Source of the DNA: Thecamonas trahens ATCC 50062 | Lineage: Eukaryota > Protista > Apusomonadida | NCBI RefSeq assembly: GCF_000142905.1 | Contig: NW_013657659.1 | Coordinates: 336,442 to 400,441, forward strand | DNA: 64,000 bases | Direction: 5' to 3' | Part shown: one piece after another, positions 19,165 to 29,918 of the stretch | Numbering within the stretch: the first letter of the stretch is position 1 | Layout: each line of letters starts with the position of its first letter | Position numbers and translations under genes: made by a program | Notes under the pieces: generated by a model | Told to the model about the DNA's origin: nothing | The model's database searches: none | The model's input: the letters and a program-made list of their open reading frames with translations, nothing else

Positions 19165-21077
19165 ATGTCTGCCGAGTCGGAATGGGCTGTGGTGGCCAAG
19201 CGCAAGTCCGTGCCTGCTGCTGAGCGTCCGCAGCGGGGACGTGGTCAGACTCGCCGCGGCAAGCGCAGCGGAGGGCGAGGCGGAGGGCGAGGCGGAGGGC
19301 GAGGCGGAGGGCGAGGCGGAGGGCGAGGCAGAGGGCGAGGCAGAGGACGAGGGGGAGGACGAGGGGGAGGGGGAGGGCGAGGGCGAGGGCGAGGGCGAGG
19401 GCGAGGACGCGGGCGAGGTGGCCCTGATGGCGACCGCCGTGGGAACAGTCCTGACTTTGTGCTCTCAGATGCGGCGTTTCCTCCGCCGTCAGCGGTGCGC
19501 AAGCCGCAGGACAAATCGCCGGCGGCGCGCAAGCTGCAGGGCGAACCGTCGGCTTGGAGCCAGCCGCCTCCGCAGCGATCGCAGCCGGATCAGCCGAGCA
19601 AGGCTTCGCCCAACCGTGCGGTGGCCACCAACGCGTGGGGCCTCCCGGCTGTGCAGCCGGCAGCGGCGGCCGGAGGAGACGACGGAAGCGGGAAAAAGAA
19701 GCGGAAGCGGCGTCCGCGCCGGAGAAACAAGACCAGCGGCGGCGGCGGCGGCGGGAGCAGCGGGAGCGGAGTGGCAGAGGCCCGGCGCCGGCCAGCGCCG
19801 GGCCCGGGCCAGATATCGCTGATGGACTTTAAGATCACCAAGCGCGTTGGTCAGCGAGTCCGCAAGCAGATGGGCATCCGCCAAAAGCTGGCCGAGTCCA
19901 AGCGCAAGGCGCGCCAGGCCCGATCGGCGGCGGCGGCGCCGACCTCGTTCACCGCCAAGTCGCAGACCCGCGGCAAAGTCCGCCGCCGCAAGAAGCGGCT
20001 CTCCACTTTGAAGAAGGTCGTCAACTCGGAGCGCGCCCGTCTACTGGAGGCCCTGCGGGCTGCCGCCGCCGAGAATGGTCCCGATGCAGACCCCGACGTC
20101 GGCCCTGATGAGAAAGCGGATGCGGTAGATTCAGATCCCGATGCTGGCCTTGAATGGGTCAAGCCGCTGCTCGAGATCGAAGCTTTCGCCCAGCTCCTCG
20201 CCGAGCTCGAAGGCTCCAGCTCTGGCTCCGACGCGGGCTCTGACGCAGGCTCAAACGCGGGCTCTGACCCAGACTCTGGCGACGAGACCGGCCTGGCCAA
20301 CGAGCTCGAGGACGCCATCGCTACCGAGCTGGAGACCGGGCTGGAAGCTGCCCAGGTGGCGCGCATGGCCGACGGCGCCTCGTCGGAGCTCGCTGAAGAG
20401 CTCGAGGAGGCCGCGCGCGCCGAGTCTGAGGCGCTGCGCATGTTCCTGGCACGGCTGCTGCCGCGGGTGAGCGACGCCAAGGGCAAGGCCAAGGCCAAGG
20501 GGAAGGGCAAAGGCGAGGCCGGGGCGCAAGCGTGGAACGCGGAATCGGACAGGCGCTGCAGCTTGCGCACGTGGCGGTCGCCAAGAGCCCGGCGCTCGCG
20601 CAAGTGCTTCCGGACAACCACCGCGAATATGTGGACCAGCTTGTGCCACCCGAGCTCAACCGGCTAATCCCGCCCATGCTCAAGGAGCTGTCGCGGCTGC
20701 AGGAGCGGGCCCGCGTCCTCAATCCGACCAAGGCCAAGCGGCGGCTGGTGACCGGGCTGCGCGAGGTGGTCAAGTTTGTCAAGGTCGGGACCGCCAAGGC
20801 CGTCATTGTCGCGCCCGACATCGAAAAGGTCGAAGCCGACGGTGGGCTGGACGACAAGATCGCCTTTATTCGCACCAGGGCCGCCGAGCTCGGCATCCCG
20901 CTGGTGTACGCGCTCTCGCGCAACAGGCTCGGACGGGCCATGGGCCGCAAGCTCAAGATCTCCGTCGCCGCCATTCTGTTTTACGACGGCGTCAACACCG
21001 AGTTCAACCGCATGGTCGAGCTCGCCGACGAGGGGCGCGCAGCCTTCGACGCTGCTCTGGCCGCCGCCGAGTCCTAA
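19165..21077 (+). CDS. SECISBP2: SECIS-binding protein 2 (L7Ae family); frameshift near 20525
   Basis: K-rich RRKKRLSTLKKVVNSER. REYVDQ...LKELSRLQERARVLNPTKAKRRLVTGLREV...IEKVEADGGLDDKI...ALSRNRLGRA. N-terminal RG/RGG repeats. Confidence 0.88.
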
Positions 21078-21949
21078 AGCAGCGCCTGGCTCTTGGTCTT
21101 GTCGGTCCGGAGCAGGACCGGGAGGTGCTTGCGCAGCGCGTCTGGCTCAAACGCAGCCGACGCAAGCCGCGCCGCCACTTGGGCCAGCGATGCCTTGGAG
21201 TGCTTCTGCCGCAGCGGCTGAGGCACTCTCCGCATCTCAGACATAACCGAATCGGTCTCGCCGCCATCGTCGCCGGCCCCGCTGTCGATCCGAGTCGACG
21301 GATTCCATCCTGGGCCGCGGGTCTCCGACGCCGTCGCTGACTTGTCGTCCGAGACCCAGGTCAGCGCGCTGCTCACTCCTGCCGACGTGAGCAGCGAGCG
21401 CTGGCTGACAACCGGCACCGCGTTGGCCTTGCACGGCTCGTCGTCGGCCTCGCTCGACTCGCTCCCCTCGCCTGCCGATCCAGGCTCACTGGCAGGTCCC
21501 GACTCGTCCGCCTCGGGATGCTCCGCTGTGTACGCTGCCCGCGTCTTGAGCTGTTCGATGCCGGCCTTGATGTCGAGCTCTCCCATGTAGCGGTCGTAGT
21601 CTAGCGCGTCTGCAAACGAGAGCAAGTCGTCCACCGCCTCGTCGTCGTCCAGTTCCAGCTCACCATCGCTCGCCACGCCGTTGTCACCATCTACAGGCTC
21701 TGACACCTGATCGGCCGCATGCTCGGGCGCCTGGTCAGCCTCCTTCTCCTCCTCCCCCTCCTCCTCGCGGCCTGTAATCGCCATCCGCTTCGCATGTTCG
21801 CGCTGCTTGAACCGTGCCCTCCGAATCGCCTCCTCCTTCTCCTGCACTTCAGCCTTTCCCTCTGCCTCCTTGCGATACTTTCCCAGTGCTGCCAGCCATC
21901 GCTTGTGCCGATCCAGCGCAGACTCTACCTTGGCTGTCCCCCGCGTCAC
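21074..21949 (-). CDS. conserved-looking hypothetical coiled-coil protein (5' end uncertain)
   Basis: Long GC3-biased ORF with HKRWL and DDLLSFADALDYDRYMGELDI motifs. The ORF begins at GTG, so the true start is unresolved. Confidence 0.6.
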   Translation of the reverse strand: MTRGTAKVESALDRHKRWLAALGKYRKEAEGKAEVQEKEEAIRRARFKQREHAKRMAITGREEEGEEEKEADQAPEHAADQVSEPVDGDNGVASDGELELDDDEAVDDLLSFADALDYDRYMGELDIKAGIEQLKTRAAYTAEHPEADESGPASEPGSAGEGSESSEADDEPCKANAVPVVSQRSLLTSAGVSSALTWVSDDKSATASETRGPGWNPSTRIDSGAGDDGGETDSVMSEMRRVPQPLRQKHSKASLAQVAARLASAAFEPDALRKHLPVLLRTDKTKSQALL

Positions 21950-23316
21950 CTCCCGCCCTGCATGAGTCTCCTCGTCGCCCCCCCCCCCCCCGTCTTCGCC
22001 CCCGCTCCCAACCTACGTCGCGACTTGCGGATCTCCTCGCACAGGGCAACTCTGCGGACAAAGGCCAGGTCACGGATGCCCAGGTTGGTCACTGCCGGAG
22101 CGGGGCGCCAGCCATTGGCCCGCCCTCCGCTTGCTTGCCGCAGCCCGCCGTGTCCACCCGCAGCTGTCCGTCCTCCGCCTGCCCGCCCTGCCGGAGGCGG
22201 CGAGGTCAGCACCACACCTCGTAGCACCCCGTCCATACCGCGCACAAGTTGAGTACAAGTGGTGGATGGGCAGTGGAGGAAGTGAGGTGTGTGTGGTGGT
22301 CGGGCTTCGCATCGTCGTCGTCGCCGCCGTGGTACCTGGCTGGTCCGGTCCGTACCTGGTCCGGGCATCGGGCCGCCAGCTTCATCGGGCCAACGATCAC
22401 AGGCATCGCCATCTTGTCCATGGATGGCACACAGGTATGGTGTTGCAGATGGTCATCGGAGACTGCGATTCATGTGTCGAGGGGGATGTGACTCGAGGGG
22501 AATGTGTGGCGATACGCGGAGCTTGAGCACCGCGCCCGGCCTCCCAGCTGGATCCAATCAGCTTTCTCCGTCCGCCGCATCAGATCATGGCATCGTGTCT
22601 GATCCGTGGCGGAAGTGGTGGTGGTGGTGCTTCTGTGTGGCCAGCCATCGTGGCAGACTGCCGTTTCCCCAACAAGCCAAGAAGCCGAGAAGCCACCGTT
22701 TGTCCGGTCACACGCCAACGCCTCACCAACGTCTGCCTGACCCCTAACTCCCTCCCCCTCTCACCTGCACACCACACCTCTCTTGCTCATTGGTACACCC
22801 CCTCCCCTCCTCCCTTATATGAATGCTCTCTCTCCCCCGCTACCACCACGGCTACCTGTTGCTGTGGGTGTACTCGCTGCGTAGGCCCTGAGACCGATGC
22901 CCTTACTGCGGCTGGTCACGCCACCTAGTCAGCCCCTCCGCCACCCCCTCCCCTCCCCCCTCCCCCCCCCTCCCCCCGCCACGACCGACACAGTAGGGAA
23001 TCAGTCCCGGTCCCCGAGACTTCCACACTGGGCATGAGATACCAATATACCTACCTACCTGCAGTACAACAGAAAAAAGCGGTCGTATTCCTCTCGCGCT
23101 GTTTCCCACCCCGCACGTTGCCAAGCCGGACCAAGCCGGACCAAGCCGGGCCAAGCCGAGGCCGAGCCAAACCGTTGCTGGCTGCGCCTCCTCCCATCAG
23201 TCGCACTCTCCTTTTTTTTTTCTCCGACACGACAGATCCCGGCAGAATCACTTACGCATGGTTGGTGGCGGAAAAACAGCACGGGAAGCTCAACACACAG
23301 TCGCAACTTGTTCAAC

Positions 23317-24950
23317 ATGTACCCGTACAACCATCCCATGACTTCCTATGGGTAAGTGGCCGCAAGCGTGGTGTGGGTGACCAGACAGAGAGGGGAGGAC
23401 GAGGGTGCGAAGGGGGGGTACGCGTGGCAAGTTTCTGCCTCTTTTAGGCCGCTGCGAGCTGTGGGGAGAGGGTGACGACGACGGCAAGTGACTCATTCAG
23501 TGTCTGTGACTCCTCCGTGCTGCATTTGTGGGTGTACAGCGCGCCTGCGGCCGGTGGCTTCCACATCGCGTCTGGGTTCGGACTGATGGCGCCGGCGCCG
23601 GCTGCTGCTGCGCCTGTCCGTGCTGGGCGGACGCAGGCGGTCAAGGCTGCCGACGAGATGGCCAAGTCTGTGGGCGTGGCGATGAAGGAGGATATCGAGG
23701 CCAAGACCGGCAAGACGTACGAGACGTTTGAGGTGACCCACATGGCGACCCAGAACGTGGCCGGGACCAACTACTTCCTCAAGATTGACGTCGGCGAGGG
23801 CAGTGCGGTCCACGCGCGGATCTACCGCGGCTTTGACGGTGTGCTGCAGCTTGTGGCGGTTCAGAGTGGCAAGACCACCGACGACCAGCTGGTTTACTTC
23901 CAGAACGACTCGATCGGGTCGTGCTGCGGTGCGGCGTGCGCGCCGGCCAAGCTCGGTGGGATGAAGGGTGTCAAGCCCTGCGACGCGACTGCGCAGGCTG
24001 TGGCCGACGCTGTCCGCGCTTCGATCGACGCCAAGCTCGGCGGCGTGTCGGCGGAACACACGGTTGTCTCGTACGCCACCCAGACCGTCGCCGGCACCAA
24101 CTTCTTTCTCAAGATCAACCGCGGCGATGACCATGTCCACGCCCGAGTCTTCCGCGGCTTCAACGGTGCGCTCCAGCTGGTGGCCGTGCAGGCTGGCAAG
24201 AGCGGCGACGACGCGCTCGAGTACTTCCAGAATGATGCCGGCCTGCCGGCGGCCAAGCCAGCCAAGCTCGGCGGGATGAAGGGCGTCAAGCCCGGTGATG
24301 ACACCGCCCAGGCCGTCGCCGCCGCGGTCCAGGAGGCCGTCGAGGCCAAGACGTGCGCGACCTACGGCGACAACTTCAAGGTTGTCGAGTACGCCACACA
24401 GACCGTGGCTGGTACCAACTACTTCCTCAAGATCGATGCCGGCGACGCCGGTTTCCTCTTTGTCCGTGCCTTTGTCGGCTTCTCGGGTCACGCCGAGCTC
24501 GCCGCCGTCCAGACCGGCAAGACCGCAGACGACCCGCTGGTGTACTTTAGCGGCTCGGCCGCGCCGGCTCCGTCGCCCGCGCCGGCTCCGGCCCCGCACG
24601 GTTTTGGCGCTCCGCGCCGGACCGGCTTTGGATTTGGCGCCCCGGCGCCGCGCGCCAACGGCAACGGCCGCTTCGGCGCCGCCTCGGCGCCCAAGCCCGG
24701 CGACGAAAAGGCCCAGGCCGTCGCTGACGCCGTCCGCGCAGACATTGAGCGCCTCGATCACGCCTACTCGGAGTACTCGGTCAAGGAGTATCTGACCCAG
24801 ACCGTTGCCGGCGTCAACTACTTCCTCAACATTGCCGTCGGCGGCGATGAGTTTGTGCACGCCCGCGTCTTCCAGGGCTTTGACGGCGCCGCACACGTGG
24901 TCAAGCTCCGCCCGGCCCGCACTGCCGACCACAAGCTCTGCTTCTTCTAA
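23317..24950 (+). CDS. multidomain type-1 cystatin with four stefin domains; exons 23317-23351 and 23540-24950
   Basis: Four QxVAG motifs (QNVAGTNY, QTVAGTNF, QTVAGTNY, QTVAGVNY), three followed by VHARI/VF. The phase-2 intron GTAAGT...TACAG (23352-23539) joins the exons in frame. Confidence 0.9.
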
Positions 24951-25461
24951 CTTTCAAGCTCCACCTAGCTAGTCAGCCTAGCTTGCCCAGTCACAAACCA
25001 ACCAATCCAAGCCCATGATGGATCTTGTCTAAATGCCTCCCTTGTCGCCATCGCCTCGCCTCGCCACCATGACTGCCACCCACCCAACCTTCCATTGTTC
25101 ACGAACGATTGATTAATTGGACGCACCAAAGAGTCGTACACCACTGGCCCTCCCCTCCCCACCCCTCCCCCCCTCCCCACACCTCCCCCTCCCCACCACC
25201 ACCACCACCATCCCCACCACCCATCTAGACCACACTCCTCTCGGAACAAACACCAAGCACACGCCGTTGTACCGTGTTGCACCCACCCCACCCACCCACC
25301 TACCTTCCCTATCACTCCCCACCACCAGTGGTCGGAGGGACCGACGGAACACCGCGAGGCGAGTCCGCGGCAGAGAAGGCTCTGGTCGCCCAAGAGAGCA
25401 CAGCGAGGAGATTGCTTCGGAGAGGTTGCGAAGGGAAATAAGTCGAGGAGAAGTCGAAGAG

Positions 25462-27357
25462 ATGGGCAAGGGTAGTGCCGTCGATGACGGTGGAAACGGG
25501 AAGAAGTCGGCGAGTAAGAGCAAGAGCAAGGGCAAGGGCAAGGGCTCGGGCTCGGGCAAGGGCCCCGTGAGATCGGTCTTTGCAGAGGCGGTCTTTGACA
25601 TGGTCTCGGATCCGGCGACGGATGCATGGATCTGCTGGTCAAACGGTGGAACAACGTTCACCGTGTTCTCGGCTTACGAGCTGGAGAAGCACGTCTTCAA
25701 CAAGTACTTTCGCCACTCGCGGTTCTCCTCCTTCCAGCGCCAGCTGTACACCTACGACTTCAAGAAAGTGAGCACCGTTGTTGAGGATGGTGAGACTCAG
25801 TTTGTCTTCCAGCATCCCTACTTTCAGCGCGGTCGTCCGGATTTGCTCTCGCACATCTCGCGGCGGGTGCCGGCGAGCTCGGCCGGGGGCGGCGGCAAGG
25901 CGAGCAAGGCGGGCAAGGCGGGTACCAGCGGCGAGGCCCGTGCCGGGCCAGGCAAGACTGTCGGCGTGGGAGCTGCCGGCATGGCTGGTGGTGCTGAGCT
26001 TGGCGGCGAGGCCGGCGTGCGGGGAGCCGCCGGGCAGTCGATCGAGCGCCTGGTCAAGTCGTGGGAGGTTGAGCGCGAGCGGTTGTGGGCGGAGATTTCC
26101 GAGCTGCAAGCTAGCAATGGAAGCTTACGCAAGCAAGTCGAGCTGCTGCAAACTGACAACGCGCAGCTGTGGACCGTGGTGCAGGCGCAGGAAGAGTCGC
26201 AGCACTTGCTCAAGCAGGGTCTCAAGGCGCTCTTCTACCAGATCGCATCGCAGCATGGCCGGAGTGGGGGAGTGCAGGCAGCGACGCCGCCGCTGCCGGA
26301 GCCTGGGCAGACTCACTTTTGGCGGCTCGGTGGCCGGCGGCGGAAGCGGAGCCTCGAGCGAGGGTCTCGCGGGTGTCCGCGATGTCAACGACCCGTTCCT
26401 CTTCTCGGTCGACTCACCGCTGGACCTGACTGGGAGCGGCGGCTCGGGCGAGTACGCGTTTACCCAGGCCTCGCGCAAACGCAAGATGGGCGCGGCGACG
26501 TCGCCGGCCATTTCGGAGCTGACGAGCATGGACGAGTCGGGCGGGCCGTCGGCTCTCGGCATTGGCGGGGAAGAAAGGAGCGGAGGCGACAGTACCAGGG
26601 CCGCGTCGCCGCCGCAAAACATCGAAGACATCCGATCTGCCCAACGGCAGCGCGACCGCGAGGAGCGGTATCAGGCAATGATGTCGCCAGGTGTCTCGGA
26701 GCTGCCGGGTGGGCGCTGTTTGGCCCGCCGTCGACATGGACCACTTCCGGCGGCGGCCCGTCGTCGACCGCCCTCATCTCGGCCATTCCCACCGGCTCGG
26801 CGGCGAGCTTTAAGCGGAACTTTGGCCTTGCAGCCGACTACGTCCTCTCGTCGCTCGACTCGATGGCGTCGGAGCGAGCCGGCCTTTTCTCGGCCTACCA
26901 ACAGCGACACGCCGGGTTCGACCAGCCGCTCGGCGTCGACCTGGGTACGGCAACCGGCACCGTCTCGGAGCTGTACAACAAGGCGTCGTCGGCACTGATG
27001 ACCAGCCCAGCGCGGAGCCGTGCTCCGTCGTCGGGCTCGAGCCGGCCGATGGCCATTGGCCACGAGGTGCTGCCGTCGTCCGAGTCGGACGACGAGCTCG
27101 GCACGCTCGACACCGGCGGCGACTACGGCCTTGGCATCGACCTCTCTACCATGGAGGGTGTCTCGCCGCTCGGCGTCGATCTCGACCCGGGCATGCTGGT
27201 CACCCCAACAGGCGCCATGCCAATCCCGGGCGCCAGCGCCGCTGGCACCATACCAGGGCACTCGGTCCTTGCCGCTGGCGATGACAACGGGAGTGCCGCC
27301 ATGCGGCTTTCGCCGATCGAAGGTCTCTCGCGTTCGTTCTCCGAGTTGGCGACATGA
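25462..27357 (+). CDS. heat-shock factor (HSF) family transcription factor; probable compensating frameshifts ~26310 and ~26710
   Basis: FAEAVFDMVSDPATDAWICWSNGGTTF...KYFRHSRFSSFQRQLYTYDFKKV...FQHPYFQRGRPDLLSHISRR, followed by an HR-A/B coiled coil. Confidence 0.9.
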   Translation: MGKGSAVDDGGNGKKSASKSKSKGKGKGSGSGKGPVRSVFAEAVFDMVSDPATDAWICWSNGGTTFTVFSAYELEKHVFNKYFRHSRFSSFQRQLYTYDFKKVSTVVEDGETQFVFQHPYFQRGRPDLLSHISRRVPASSAGGGGKASKAGKAGTSGEARAGPGKTVGVGAAGMAGGAELGGEAGVRGAAGQSIERLVKSWEVERERLWAEISELQASNGSLRKQVELLQTDNAQLWTVVQAQEESQHLLKQGLKALFYQIASQHGRSGGVQAATPPLPEPGQTHFWRLGGRRRKRSLERGSRGCPRCQRPVPLLGRLTAGPDWERRLGRVRVYPGLAQTQDGRGDVAGHFGADEHGRVGRAVGSRHWRGRKERRRQYQGRVAAAKHRRHPICPTAARPRGAVSGNDVARCLGAAGWALFGPPSTWTTSGGGPSSTALISAIPTGSAASFKRNFGLAADYVLSSLDSMASERAGLFSAYQQRHAGFDQPLGVDLGTATGTVSELYNKASSALMTSPARSRAPSSGSSRPMAIGHEVLPSSESDDELGTLDTGGDYGLGIDLSTMEGVSPLGVDLDPGMLVTPTGAMPIPGASAAGTIPGHSVLAAGDDNGSAAMRLSPIEGLSRSFSELAT

Positions 27358-27586
27358 TCAAACGAAGTAAGTGAGACAACAGGAGTAGGGGGGGGGTTGG
27401 GGGGGGGGTTGGAAGCTTCAATATCGCTGCACAAGGTAACAGAAGGGGGCACGTGCGCTGATGATGGCACCATCAAAGGAAAGAAACCCAACTGAGCCTC
27501 ACCTGGCCAGAGACGCAATTCGGAGGCGCACTGTAACCAGGGAGGAGAGTGGGAGGCGGAGGCGGACGCGGGAGGTCCAAAGACAG

Positions 27587-29073
27587 TTAAGAGGCCGACG
27601 AGGCCTCGGCAGCGGAGGAGAGGGTGTCGAGCGCCGAGACAGAGCCGTTGGGTGGGGTGGAGACCGGGGTACGAGCAGTGGGGCGGCCGCGAGCGAGGCG
27701 TGCGGCGGCAGCCGAGCTGACGGCCGAGTACTTGGCCTTGCGGAGCAGGGCCGTCGGGTTGTTCTTGGTCTCCTCGGGCGAGGGCGAGCGGTTGTAGTCG
27801 ATGTCCGGGTTGCGGGCAAGCGAGGGCTTGAACTCGACGATGCGGTCGTTGAGCTCCATGTTCTGAGCCTCGAATGCGTTGCGGATGGTGTAGTCGTTGC
27901 GGTCGTTGAGGGCAGTCTGGACGTCAAGGACAATCTCGGTTGTCCGTGCCAGCTCGTCCTCGAGGAACGTGCGGTGGGCCTTGAGCGCCTTGACATAGTT
28001 GGCAACGTGCTGGAAGACGGTCGGCTTCTGGAAGGCGACCTTGGACGGGTTCGGCAGCAGCGAGCGGAGCTGCTGGACGAGCTCGTTGATCTTGAGCCGG
28101 CGCTTCTTTTCGGCACGCTTGTGGTACTCGCGGCGCGACTTTTGGTCCATCAGCGCCGACGTGGCCGCCTGGGCCGTCTCGGGCTCGAGTGGCGCCATCG
28201 AGAGTTTGCGGCCCGGCTGGAGGCCCGAGGTGGTGTAGGGCGCGGCCTTGGACGCGCGCTCGCGGCGGCTAGTGTTGCGGACCTTGCCCTTGCGCTCGTG
28301 CTGGACCTGCGCGGCCTGCGCCGCGTTGGCCATCGACACCATAAGCGGCGCCGCAAGCTGCATGGCCTGCATTTGCGCAGCGGCAGAGAGGGCTTGCATC
28401 TGCGGCTCGCCCGGCCGCGCTGCCGCCGGCGCCGCCGCCGACGAGTTGGTCTCGCTCGCCCGGCCGGTCTGCGCCATGTGGGCCGCGTGGGCCGCAGCCA
28501 TCTGCGCCTGAAGCTGCTGCATGTACACTTGCTCTAAAAGAGGCAATCATCATGCGGGGTAATGGTGGTGAGTGACTTGCACGTGCATGCTGTCGCGGAA
28601 GGGAACTCGCATGTGCCGCAGCAACTCCCGCAGCGGGGGGGGAGGGCATGGTCAGCACGTGACCTTAGCCGCTGGTAGTTGTTTTTTTGTGGCAATACCA
28701 GGAGAGAGCCAGGTGGCAGGCCAAAAAGTAGGCTGGCAACAGCCCAAAAAACAGCATTGTCCGTCCCCTGGCACGGCATGCCACACAAGGCAGGTAGCTG
28801 CGCGGAAGAGCCCACCGCGGCCAACCAAGCACCCCGAACATGGTGCGGGGGTACTTGGTACTCATGAGGGGGTGCTGCGGCGCGCAGGTCGGCGGTGGAT
28901 GACTCGAACGAGCCGCAGGGTGAGGCGCCCACACGTGGCGGAGTTGGCCAAGCACGGTTCGGACGCACTCCGCGGGGCGTGGGGGGCGGGGTGCAGCAGC
29001 ATGGGGAGGACGTACGGTAGTACTGCTGCGGGTTGAAGGCAGGTGTGTTCGGTACGGGGGCGTTGGACGACAT
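27587..29073 (-). CDS. bHLH(-ZIP) transcription factor; exons 29073-29016 and 28533-27587
   Basis: REYHKRAEKKRRLKINELVQQLRSLLP...KPTVFQHVANYVKAL. The phase-1 intron GTACGT...CTCAC...TTTTAG (29015-28534) gives in-frame MSSNAPVPNTPAFNPQQYYQQVYMQQ. Confidence 0.85.
28580..28937. promoter_or_regulatory. three CACGTG E-boxes in the bHLH intron
   Basis: CACGTG at 28580, 28656 and 28932. Function is inferred only. Confidence 0.35.
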
Positions 29074-29918
29074 GGGGCAAAGGGGGAGCGACAAACGGGA
29101 CGCGGGGCGCGAGAAGTGTGCCTCGCTCCTCCCCCTCGCTGCCCTTGCCGCGGGTGGATGCGTGGCTTGCTCGTTGTCCGGAATAGCCGGAAGCCATTCC
29201 GTATTCGCCACGTTCCTTCGGCGTGAATTGTTCGCTGCCAGGAAATGCTGGAACTTTGCTCCACGAGCCTTGTTGGCGGCACTTTTGGAGCCACACTCGC
29301 AACTATGTGTGTAGTGCGTAGCTGTTTATGGTTGCAGCTTGTCTGTAGTGTGCTGAGTGTCCGCTAGACTGTGTTCTGACAAGGTGCGGGAGTTGCACAT
29401 GGTTGCCACGTCGTTCTTCTCTCTGCCGCCTTGTTGCTCGGTCGGCCAATAATCTCCGCACGAGCGGTTGCCGCACCCAGTGCTTCAGACCCGGTATCTT
29501 GCACTGGCCGAATGTTGTGCTGCCATACTAACGCGGGACTGCATGTTCAGCATGTCTGTACCTCCCTCGTATCGTTTTTCCGTCATCATTCTGCGATGCG
29601 TGGCCACAGGGCTTGAGTATGACCCCGTTGATTGGAGTGGTTCCCGTGCGGCTGACTCTTCGTTCGTCAAAAATTATCAGCAATTCAGCCGAGGAAAAAC
29701 GTTTACCGCTAATATGTCTCCTTGCAAACATCGTTTCTCTCTCCCGTGCTGGCTCTCTTTTTTTGATGTCGCGTTCCGCCCGTGTGACCCTGTTGCGCCG
29801 CACCGCTGCCTCGACGCACCGAGCTGCTTTTCAGCTACGAATTGCCTGACTCGCGGGACGGAAGGCCACGCACTCGACGGCCGACCTTCTTCGCCCCACC
29901 GCCCCGCTCTCCATCGGC

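Noticed and set aside
21960-23300. Several short ORFs and CCAAGCCGGA x3-4 repeats (~23121-23160)
   Set aside because: There are no recognisable domains or codon bias, so the region is treated as intergenic/promoter sequence.
23493-24932. 479-aa antisense ORF over the cystatin gene, and similar long antisense ORFs over ATG6, OXA1 and DONSON
   Set aside because: These are shadow ORFs expected from strong GC3 codon bias.
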